Positions 53,301 to 64,000 of a DNA stretch of 64,000 bases are shown in pieces. Numbering within the stretch: the first letter of the stretch is position 1; each line of letters starts with the position of its first letter. Where the stretch lies: NCBI GenBank assembly GCA_964247055.1, contig OZ176054.1:10788001-10852000 (forward strand). Reading direction: 5' to 3'. Under the pieces are notes generated by a model that ran no database searches, was not told the DNA's origin, and saw only the letters and a list, made by a program, of their open reading frames with translations. Both the position numbers and the translations under genes were made by a program. This stretch comes from Paragordius varius. Its lineage: Eukaryota; Animalia; Nematomorpha.

Positions 53301-55139
53301 TTTTTATGGCATAGTTTATCATTTTTTAATTTATTGTTTAATTAGAAAGTATCTTTTCACAATCTATATTATTTAAGGGTGAATTTAAACGTCCAAGGAT
53401 TGAAAATTTGAAATGTAACCGCGATATATTTGAGAATGACTTTATTATTGGACAATGACAATATAGTAACGTATGATCTAACATAAAAATTTTCCATTGT
53501 AAAATATGACAGTTAGTTTCTGTTCTTTAAAAAAATTTTGTAATATTTTTATCAAAAAATATATAGTAACATCATTTAACATTTCAAGGAGCTTGTAACC
53601 TATTTTCAACTGGGCATATTTAAGTTAATTCAATTCATTTGGTCCTAAATTTTGTAATATTAAAAGTTTTATTATCTATAATTGATGGTTAAATGCTTAA
53701 ATGATACTTGAGAATGATTTAAAATGTTTCAAACGTGTAAATATTTATTTAACAGTTTTTTGCATTGCTAGCTAATATATGTTACCTTCTTTCTTGCCAT
53801 TGTTGTTTTGTTGTGTTATCCAAATATACAAATATTTATACTTACTTACATCAAAATTATTTATAATGATGATGATATAACATTAACCTTAATTAATTTT
53901 TATATATTTAAATTTGTAGATGTATGTAAAAAAAGTATTGTTAATCAAACAACAAAATTCATTTTGCATAAATGCTAATTTTTGGTTTAGTTCGATCGTT
54001 TGAGTATTTTTTAAATCAAAGGCACCTAATACAAATGTGAATTCGCGGGCCGCATTTGTGAAATATATATGGGTAATCATAAATTTGTGTTATTAGATTT
54101 CAAACATACGTTTCCATATATCAATAAGGATATATATTTTCAAATTCTGTTTCCAATTTTTTCGCGCTTATTTAAAGATTGCTTCTGTCGTTCACCCATC
54201 AATCAAAAATTGTTGGTAAAAAGACCCCCGGAAAGAGATATTTAACTTTAAAAAATTAGTTTAAGATATAATTTATTTAAATAATCTTTTAAAATTTCAA
54301 GTATTTGGGAGTTACCCAGAATGTAAAAATTAAATAATAGATAGGTAGGTACCTTTTGATTTTGAGCGTTGCTGTTAGAATCTGTGGTGGCCATAGAATT
54401 AAACTTGGTTGTGGTGTTTGGATTTGTTAAATGATTCGACGAGCTCATGTGCCGTGTTGTACTATTTAGGGGAGTATTTTGACTTCTCTTGGGTATTTTG
54501 GATAAAATAGGGTGTGTTGTTTTGAAATCATTATCATCATTGTCAATGGTGACAGTTTTATTTCTTTTGATGTTAGATGAAGAGTTATTGAGGCTTTTAA
54601 CTGTTTTACCAGTTTTAACAGGTAGCAAACCTTTGTCATTTCCCTTCTCTTTGGTGACATTAAGTTTAGATTTATCCAGAGAAGTTGCTTTTGATTTTAG
54701 TGTTGATGATGAAGTACTACTGCCCATTGATGTTTTAAAAGTTCCACCACGTAAAACATTACTATTATTATGTAGCAATGATGGTGATTTTGCAGTAGAA
54801 TAATCTCCATGGTGAGATTGTATCGTTAGGTTTGAAGGTTGACTTTTAACCTTTTTCAAAAAAAGTTTGTTGGGGGTGGGATGTGTCTGTTTATCTCCAT
54901 AAACTAATTTTGCATTCCGTGTAACCGTACGTCGAAGATTGGGATCATCAGATTCGTTTTGTTGGCTGGAAATGTTAGCACAAGATTTTTTTGATTTTTG
55001 CATTAATCGCTGTTTATTATTATTAATGACGTCAGTGCTGGTATCAAGAATATTTATTGCATTATCTTTATAGCTAACAGAGGTAGGTGATAAATGTGAT
55101 TCACAAACTTTATCATTCAATTTTCGTCTCATGATCGGT
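44119..55139 (-). CDS. Long disordered S/T/N/K-rich protein with SxIP motif and C-terminal coiled coil (MTUS/CCSER-like architecture)
   Basis: Phase-compatible exons: 55139-54353, 50673-50331, 48745-48636, 48532-48428, 47067-46971, 45515-45430, 44947-44843, 44335-44209 and a tentative terminal exon 44126-44119. The 3' exons read as heptad coiled coil (IEEQYRKTVIKFEHVKRILQ.., EMELETEFINLNDLIQ.., LEEMDLMKRRLDLLQQDNEHL). The 5' end and any extra exons are uncertain. Confidence 0.75.
45573..46435. repeat. Long imperfect foldback inverted repeat in an intron
   Basis: Arms about 45573-45984 and 46070-46435 with an 85-bp spacer; includes a perfect 32-bp match GGCATGATATGCCAAAGCCGAATCATTTGTTT. Confidence 0.88.
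46487..46526. repeat. (TA)n microsatellite
   Basis: About 20 TA units; other runs at 10618, 28365, 43393 and 47274. Confidence 0.9.
47102..47272. mobile_element. hAT-like MITE remnant between TA runs
   Basis: CAGGG start and repeated GAACCGG/CCGGTTC motifs in a GC-rich island; the right terminus is missing. Confidence 0.4.
51831..52430. repeat. Two tandem ~317-bp units, each a foldback of 21-22-bp minisatellite repeats
   Basis: A ~63-bp leader CCTAAGACTCACATAATTTTTAGCAGC.. occurs at 51831 and 52148. AAGCAAACGCAACATTTTTTTC repeats are followed by their reverse complements. Confidence 0.8.
52901..53185. mobile_element. hAT-like MITE
   Basis: CAGGG..CCCTG termini and GGCCC(G)C subterminal motifs; no matching TSD. 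Confidence 0.5.
53197..53420 (+). mobile_element. Degenerate TA-MITE copy
   Basis: CAAATTCACCCTT, CCTAAAAATAAATTGTGTG and TTTATGGCATAGTT motifs. Confidence 0.62.
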
Positions 55140-55753
55140 CTGATGTTAAAAAAAAGTAATCAAAAATTTGTTTGTGTTATATGTTTGAATTCATGTAAAA
55201 TTAAAGACGGCACTTGTTAAAAGCAGATTATAAAAGAAAAATGCATTGTCTATGTGAAATATTTTATTCGGTATTTTTTGTTTTAAATTTTATCAAATAA
55301 TAATTCATCACTCTAATCATTCAATTAATAAGGTAAAAGTTTTATTGTGAAAATTTGCATATATAAAGGTCGCGAAAATTCCCACACACATTCGCAACAA
55401 AAAAGAGAAATTCAAAAAATATATGCAAACATTATTGCCTTTATTCAATACAAGATATACATTATACGTGGTAACTATTTATATACTGCAATTATTTTTA
55501 AATCCAGAAGACAGTTTAAATATTACAAATAAGCATAAGACAATTAAAACTAATATAGATTAAATCAATGGAGCTCCTAATATTGATTTAACATATACGT
55601 TATTAATAAATGCCTTAGTATAATGTAGAATTAAAACTATTTAACCATAAAATAAAATAAAAATTACCTGAAAGCCTCAGCCGATAAATATCTTATAATT
55701 AAAATAAACCATATGCTATCGATAAAAACCACATGATAAAATAACTATTTTAA

Positions 55754-56299
55754 CACTTGTATACAACACATTCATTTTAGTCCTTCGATTCAAATTGGGG
55801 TAATTAAATACGCCAGGCCTGTTTAAAATTAATTTAAAATAAATGAAAGGAATCAAAACCATGGCAAAATTTTGCACTTATATAACAATAATAAACCGAA
55901 ATATATAAAAAAATTTACTCAAAAAACTTGATATTACTTATTTTAAGCTGAAACCGAAAGGTAAAAATTTAGTCAAACATCTGTGCAATGTTACAATTGA
56001 AAAATAAATAAAGCGCTTTTTTTATTTCTATCAATGTTAGATGTAATTTTAATTATTAATTAGCTTCAATTTTACCTTTAAAATAAGACGATATTTTGTA
56101 AATATTTTGTAAAATATAAATGGCATCGAAGTTATTTGACATGTTTTTTTCAAAACAAAGTTTTATTTGAAATTTTGGCATATTTATATAATTTTTGTTA
56201 GGATAGAAGCATAAATTTAAATGTCCGTTTCCTTAACTAGTTTTTTAAAAATCCCTCAAATTTAGTCTGGGGTATTTAGATACCACAATTTGAATCGAT
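55754..56299 (-). mobile_element. PB-MITE copy, one end degraded
   Basis: TTAA-CACTTGTATACAACACATTCATTTTAGTCCTTCGATTCAAATTGGGG start; colinear with 23198-23773. Confidence 0.82.
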
Positions 56300-59200
56300 A
56301 AAGCAAGGCCAATTGAAGCGACAGAAATGTTTAAATACGCTTTAACAAAATTCTAAAAATTAAATTAAATGAATTTTATAAATATTCAATATTTAAGTTA
56401 AGCATAAAACATTTAACCGCCCAACTACGGCTTCCGGTTAGTTTAAAAAACTTAATCATTTTAGACGTAAATTTTGTTTTTTACATAGAGTTAATATATT
56501 GTAGTGATATTATTAAAAATAGGCTCTCTTCAAAAAATTAATTATTTAAGGCAATTTTTGCCATTATCTCATGTCGAGCAGTTGCTGCAAGAGTAATAAT
56601 AACTTTTTTATCGTGTAAAACCAAAATCATCGCGATATCCTGATGCATACCCATCTATTTTTATTACATCAGAAATTTTTTTACACGCCCAATTTTGGAC
56701 GCATAAACCTTCTTAGGTAGTAGAAGTGTTCAGCGTCGTTAATTTATATATATATATTATAATATCATAAAGTGTTTTTACCGTTTTCTCTAATATTCAA
56801 AATAGTATGAGGTACTCTAACAAAATGTTGCCAAAAATTAATTTTTTAACAATCTAGTTACGGGACACTAGGGTCCCGTTTTTTCACGTCGCCGAATTAC
56901 AGTAGATAGACATTCGACTATTTTGCGAAACTACATTAATATTTTAATGTATAATATTTTAAATGTTCTAAAATCTGATTTGAAAATGTATTCAATAAGA
57001 ACTTTACCAGATGCAGATTGTTCGATTTTTGAAAGAATTTTTTTTTCAATATATCTTAAGAATAAATAATTTTAAATTATGAAAGTTATTTATATAGCGT
57101 TAACTCTATTTTTTGAATAGATATATGTAATTTATATGACAAAAGACAGTGCTTATAGCAAAAAATAATTTTTATAAAAGCCATAAACTTCTGTACAATT
57201 TTATAATAAATACTGAAATTAAGATTAAAGTTACGTTTAGGACTTACAGAGTTTTTAATGTAATTTTGGTAATTTAGAGTTAAGACTGTTTTTTATATTG
57301 TAAAGCTAAAATGCGTTTGGGCCGCACTATATTTCTGTGTTATTAGTTTTGAATGTGAATGAAATAAATGCGGTAAATTTCAACCATAATCTCACAGTTA
57401 ATCATATATTTTAATAATTCCTTGATAAATCAAATCACACGTTTTTTCCATAATTAACAAACCAACAAATTAAAAATGTTAAAAATGTTGTCAATTATGA
57501 TTTATTAATTAATAAACAGTATGCCCCTTAAATTCACGTTGCACATTTCCATCACCCTCAATCATTTCGAACCGAAAATAATTTATGTGTATCTCTTTAT
57601 TTTAATCTATAAAAAATCGATAAAATTGGGTAACTATAATTAAGGCGGGAAATTGATTATAACGAAATTTACACAGGTATTCAAAAAGCTTTAATTTTAG
57701 TGCAAGAGTTTTATAACAAGTTTGGGCATATAATATTCAGTAAATTTCGTTTATTTGATAAAAACCACAATCACACAATTAATAGAAATAGTAACTTTGA
57801 TAAAACGTTTCTTATGAAATGCCCTTGAAAGAATCAACAACTTAAAACATATGTAACTAGATGCACAATCCGAGGAAAAATTGTGGATACATAATATAAT
57901 CTTTGCATTTTAATAATTTAAAATTTTATATTTATGGTGATAAGGTTTAAACTCCGCACATGCCTCAAACCAAAAATTTATATTTTATGTCAATCGCTAA
58001 TTAGATTTTCAAACAATCAATATTATCCAGTGGATTAAATGTTCCAAAAATTACACCTATCGAAAACTTAATCCATTGTCACTATACCCATAGATTCCCA
58101 AAAAAAGTTAACAAACGGCAGAAAAATCAAACTTTATATTACAAACTAAGAATATTAATATGAACGAAATCTATGAAACATAAATGTCCAACTACATTTA
58201 AATCCAACGTCTAATCAAATATTAATATTTAAATCGTTTAGCGTTAAAATAATATGGATAGCAGAATGATTTTAGGATTATGAATATCGGATGGACCTAA
58301 AACTTGTCAAGCATTTTATGAGACAAAAACAAATGCGAAAACTGAATTCCACATATTCTTACATAAGGACATCACTCAATGTCGTTAGACCCATAATGGA
58401 TCTTGAGCCGTATTGATCGAGAGTTAATTAAAAGGCTACTAATTTATTATCCTTAAAAAATTGCTTAATTGTAGACAAGTGTTTAAACTACGATTAGTAC
58501 TTGAAAAAACATTACAGCACTACTTGTAAAATTCAAATATAATAATAGTTAAAAATTTAGGAGAATTAGGTGATATCGCAATATCAACCATAGCTCTAAC
58601 GAGCTCAACTTGTCCACTTTACCCATTAGAATGGCTAGATTACAAAGCACATATTAGACCTTTAAGTTAATTGAGATGATGGTAAACACAAAAACTAAAT
58701 AATCTGTAAGAAGCGAGTCATCAAAAGGTTGATTAGAATAAATGGGGAAATATCAGAAGTACTGAGAAATTAAAATCGATTAGGACACCGTATTTAAAGA
58801 AAAAAACAGGTCTAAACAAACATACCAAAAATATCCCATTGTCATTGCAATAACAGCATATCATTCAAAACAAATTAATCTCTTTTGCGTTCTTAAACAC
58901 TTCCATATCATTTTCTACCGAAAATCTTGATTAATATTTCTTATATATACTTTTCACGCGAGAGATATTAATATTAAAAACACGAATTTATTGTGAAACA
59001 AATATACAGATAATTGAATTTTTTGAAAGAAAACCTTTTAAATGTGCATATGATAAAAAAAGAGAAAAGGTGTTGACTTTTTCCTTCCTAAACAAAAATT
59101 TAAAATTCAGGCTATATCATAAAATAAGTTTTTTATTATTTATTTTTTTTACAAAATTCTTAGGGAATAATACATATAAAGAATCCAAAATAGCATAAAC

Positions 59201-59350
59201 TTCAAACTTAGATGTATATACTCTAACTGGCCCAACTTAAATTTAGCTAATAATTGATTTCTCGTTGTAAATTCTGAATTCTCATATCTGCCGTACAAAG
59301 AATTTACTTATAAATTAATTGTTTAAATAAGGATACAAAAATATTATTTA

Positions 59351-62300
59351 TTAACATTGTCTAGCTAATTCGATCGTGATAGCACGATACCCATTTTTTG
59401 TGTTTCGCGATTTAACATAAAATTTACATGATATGCCAGAGTTGAACGGTATTTCATTAGTCCCATTTATCCCATTATCTAAGCAGCCATTTACACATTT
59501 TTCGCCATCATTCGTATGAAATTCATCATTCAAAAAAGTATGAGTTTGCCTAAATTGTACTAAAAAATCTTGGAATCGGCAAAAAAAGATGTATAATGCA
59601 GCCAATGAGATATAACCATGGCCAATATCCTTACCTTGGCGCAATGAATACTGTCCAGTTACGGTATAACCTAAGAGATAATAACCTTCATGGTCTGGCT
59701 TATAAGGCGCCTCTTGAGATGCATTGCAATGATTAGATTCGATTTCGATAGATTTTGTATCCTTACCAGGTTGTTTTAGCTTTTTATGCGTAAACCTTTT
59801 TTTGTTAGAATCATTTTCATCATTATTTGATAGTATCTTAGCTATTAAGTTGGTAGTTTCAAATTTACCGAAAATGGGTTCATGTGGTTTAATCGTTCCA
59901 CCTTGCATTATACTGATTTTAATAGGTATTAGTGAGTAAAAAATGTCAATTGCACCATGAAAAAGTATGGAATGTTTAATAATAAAGTGCTTGAAATTAG
60001 TAATCATTGATATGTGTTGTGATATCAATGTTAATATATTGTTTTTACCAGCTTCCGATTCCAAAAAGGGATTTTGAAGACCGAGTATTACCTTAATGGT
60101 GGATTTGCTATTATTGCTGTTAGACGCTATTTTGGTTTTCAGCGTAACTTTACTGCCAAATGATTTAAAAGTTTTAACATTATTCGCATGTTTATTGGTG
60201 GTGATTGTTTTGGGCGGCGTTACAGTTTTACCAATATTATTTGACATAAATTGTGAATTAGTGAATAAAATATTATTCAATGTACACAAATGGCCTGAAT
60301 CGCGCAAAACATAAATACTTTGTCCAATATCTTTCAAAGAGTTAAATTTTAAAGTAGGAGAAGGAGAATGCGATAAATATCTATCATGATTGCTATTAAT
60401 TTCTGCTATACAATCCTTTACTAATTCTACCCAATTGGGTATGTGTGGGCTAGATTCGAGATATTTGCAACCATTAGAGGTATGAGAATAAGGTATTTTT
60501 TTATCTTTAGGTTTGCGCTGAAAAGCGAGCTTTTGTGCGCGCGCGAATTCTTCAAGGGATTCGCGTCCACTTTGGGTATCTGGGTGACAGAGTGGAAAGT
60601 AAAAAGGCATGGTAGATTCTACACCTTGATCAAAATAATAAAATATTTTAATCGATAATAAATAAAGTTTTTTTATAGGAATTTTTTTATTAGCTTATTC
60701 TGTTTAAACAACATTGATGAATAAAAAGAAAATTAAAAGTATTTAATAACTTTCTCACATATTAATACAATAAAATCAAGGTAATAATCAAAACCATTTT
60801 TACCGTATAGTATATTTATATATACTATTTATAGTTCAAATTCCTCCTTGGACAATTCAATTTCACCCTAAAAATAAATTGTGTTTTCGAATTAATATAA
60901 CTCATTATTAATATGAATATCTTTATGGCATAGTTTTTTTTCAGTATTAGCTACATTAAAAACAAAATTTTTATTTTTTAAAAATATATAAAATATAGGT
61001 AATTTTTAATGTTAAAAAACATTTATTTTATTTGAGGGTGAATTTGAATTGTTCAAGGGTGAATTTGATTTGTAAATGTTATAATTACTGATCGCATTCT
61101 GTTCTCGTAAGCCAACAGGCAAGGCCCCAGCATATATTAGGGTGAGCCAAAATGGCATCGCCCAATTCGCTGGAATAATGAGATCCCAACTCCAACCATA
61201 TTCCCAGCGTTCTATAAATAAAAATTAATGAGTATAATAATAATTTAACATTTCGTGAAATTTATAAATTAAACTATATCCAAAATAATTGATATACGGT
61301 ATATGAACAATTTTCAAATTTTGTTTTAATTATATATTTTATCGATATTTTATCTTTTGTTTTTAATGCCATTGAAAAAGATACTACCATGTATCGGGAA
61401 ATTTCGGATATTAATTTACAATAAATTTAACGAAAATTCAAATTATTAGTTAGGTATATTATTCGTTCATGACAATATTAATAAATTTAATTTTTGGGGT
61501 AAATTATAAATTTTTTTGCATATAAAAAGAGATTATAAGAGCATTACCGAAATTTGAATGAGGTTTATCAGAGGGAGGACTGATTAAAAACTTCTCAGGG
61601 GGTAATGCATTAAGTACCAATAAAATAGGGATGTATGTTTCATTATCCAATGTTTTAGTTGGTATTTTATCTATTTCACAAACAAAAGCGGTATTATATA
61701 ACAATTTTAACTACTATTATATATAAATGAAAAACAAAATAAAAATGTATCCTTAAAAAACATATCAATATATTTTAATTTTAATAATGATAGAGAAACA
61801 TAAAAACATAGAAAACATAAGACAAACTCATTTTATCAAGAGATCGTTCTTTCCTCCATCGATTTAGTTGAGAATCAGAGAGTTTACTTAAACTAACTTG
61901 ATCCCTTACACGTTTATCCATGAAAGGTTGTTGCATAACCGATTGATAACATGGTTCATGCCTTAATAATTGCCATAATTTTGTAAATGGATGTGGTTTG
62001 TCCTCTTTTATGGATAATGTGATTTTTTTACGTTTCCTCGCCAGTGTTAAATTATTGGGTTCATTAGTAACATTTAATTTCGTTTTGGCTAATTCTAAAT
62101 GTTGTGAAATATATTTTTATACGTGATTAATTATTTAAAACAGATATACTACGCTTGATCTCAGGAAAACATAAAATAAAAACTTATCTCAATTCTGTTA
62201 TCTGCAATTTCGAAGATTAACAGCTTTAATGATAATTTATTCAAATCAGCCGACATGTAACAAAGTTAAAAGTATTATTGTACCATGAATTTAAAATACA

Positions 62301-63399
62301 TAAAATTTTGACTCTTTATACTGTAGGATGTGAGAGGGCGCTTAACAGGCGCTCTAAATAATCTAGGATCCCTAACAAACAAGGGAATGATTGGGAGTTT
62401 AATGCAGCCCACATTAGGATTATTAGTTTGATGGATTTCTTTGAAATTTTTAATAAATGATTGCGTTTCCTTGGTGACGACCACATTTTCTTGATTTAAA
62501 ATGTTGTTTGTTGACTTTTTTGCAAAATTGGTAAAACACGCTTTATTCAATTGTATATCTCGGGCTAATTTTTTAAGTTCCAACCAAATGGTACTTTGCC
62601 TCTTTAATAGCTCTTTGTTTCTAAAAAATTACGTTTGGGGTAAAAAAATATTAATGTCAATACAATAGGAACAGTAATCTAATACTTTTCATTATTTCGA
62701 TAACAATCACTCCACCACTGTAAGGGATTAGGGTTGGAATCTAAAATAATATAAAGCATATAAATAGTTTAGGCAATAAAATTTGCGATAATTTTTATAA
62801 AACATTGTATCAACCGCTTAAAGAACTCAAAGATATCAAAATAACTGATTGTTTGAACATCCATCCGCACAATAATTACGTTTCTACTTCCAAACACTTT
62901 GCATTAAAAGTCAAGTCCATACTATATATATCATTCTTCCCAAAATATATTATTAGGAATACTATTTTTTTTTGTTAGTATGTCAAAAAAACTCTTTCTA
63001 AATTAAAATTTTATATGAAAATGGGAAGAGAAAAACAATCACGGGACTAACCATTTTTTAACCGTCGTAAAATTAAATTGTGGGCCGGTTTCAATGTGTC
63101 CATGAGTAAACGCAAAGCCAATCTCCCAGTTAATCGAAATCGAATGAGCCGATTTTTAAGGAGCGTTATAGAGGCATAATTTTTATTAGCCATGCTTGAA
63201 TTATTTTCAAATTGAATGCAATGTGTTACATTGTGGGAATTTAGGGGCTTTTTATAGCTGTTGTTATTCAAAGGGTTACATTTAGGGTTTTGTGGATTAT
63301 TATCAACTATACGCAAAACATTTTTAACATTTTGAAGGAGTCGCTGTTCGCGTTCGTTAAATTTAAGAACTTTGGATATGATTGGGCTTTGGTCTTTCT
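59351..63399 (-). CDS. POP1: Ribonuclease P/MRP subunit POP1, 3' portion (5' exons unresolved or outside the window)
   Basis: Exons 63399-63052, 62740-62686, 62620-62322, 62094-61828, 61670-61548, 61211-61089 and 60624-59351. Conserved motifs: IRFRLTGRLA, QWWSDC, LFVRDPR, KLSDSQLNRWR, IPILL, POPLD GWSWDLIIPANWAMPFWLTLIYAG..VGLRE, FPLCHPDT..G, and C-terminal LLGYTVTGQYSLRQG..GHGYISL..YR. Confidence 0.93.
60822..61081 (+). mobile_element. TA-MITE copy in the last POP1 intron
   Basis: CAATTCAATTTCACCCTAAAAATAAATTG and GAGGGTGAATTTGAATTGTTCAAGGGTGAATTTG..TGTAAATG ends. Confidence 0.75.
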
Positions 63400-64000
63400 C
63401 TATAAGATGGTAGATATTAGATATTATACAATACAACAGACAAAAAAGATTTGTGATAAATTAAATATTAAAAATCTTATTGAATATAAAATTAATTGTT
63501 TTAATATATTAACAAATTGCATTCAAAATCAACCATTATATCAATGCAATATAGTAAAACAAATATTCCATAAATCTATAAAATTTCTGTTACTGTCATA
63601 TTAATAATAAACGATTTCAATAGTAGTTAAAATTATATGATTAACAGGCATTTAAATTTAAAACTCTGGTTTGAGGATATTATAATATGAAATAGTTAAC
63701 AGTCATATAAATGTTCAGAAATATTATTTCTATCCTGTAAGCAATAATTCGATTTCGGATAGATTCTTTCCAAACAGTTTTAAGATTTTAGACAATTAAT
63801 CACACAACAGCTTCTGAAATATCAAAGATTTTTTTATATGTAAACTATGTATCAGGATTTTTTTGGGCTGCCTTAAAGTGTAGAAAAGTTATATCATTTT
63901 TGTGTTTGCTTAACAAATTTTCTGATGTAGGCTAATTTTTAAAAGATATAAAATATTATATTCGAAGGAAAATCCAAATTTTTATTAAAATTATTATGGA

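Noticed and set aside
58000-58850. Degraded transposase-like stretch (SDGP..Q word)
   Set aside because: It has many stops and the family cannot be supported without a search.

Overview
Very AT-rich eukaryotic DNA (roughly three-quarters A+T by eye) with GT-AG spliceosomal introns and animal-type genes. It is probably from an invertebrate; a reduced spiralian such as an orthonectid is only a guess. I found no rRNA, tRNA or CRISPR array. Genes reconstructed by hand with phase-compatible splice sites are: an EGF-repeat protein with a catalytically dead trypsin-fold domain (861-9717, +); two small secreted Gly/Phe-rich peptides (12.3-13.2 kb); an unidentified minus-strand multi-exon gene (28.1-29.5 kb); a FAM234-like type II membrane ORF; TMEM184C (-); a Asn/Gln/Tyr/Pro-rich ORF; an 11-kb minus-strand gene with a disordered SxIP-bearing N-terminus and C-terminal coiled coil; and the 3' part of POP1 (-). 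Introns and intergenic DNA are full of MITEs (TTAA/piggyBac-like, TA-targeting, hAT-like). The most notable non-genic items are two minimal type I hammerhead ribozymes with an extended, covarying stem I, a piggyBac-like MITE carrying a doubly truncated RTE retrotransposon fragment with no TSD, a 2.2-kb A-B-A'-B' nested inverted duplication, and an 860-bp intronic foldback. All calls come from manual reading and remembered family motifs; no searches were run.
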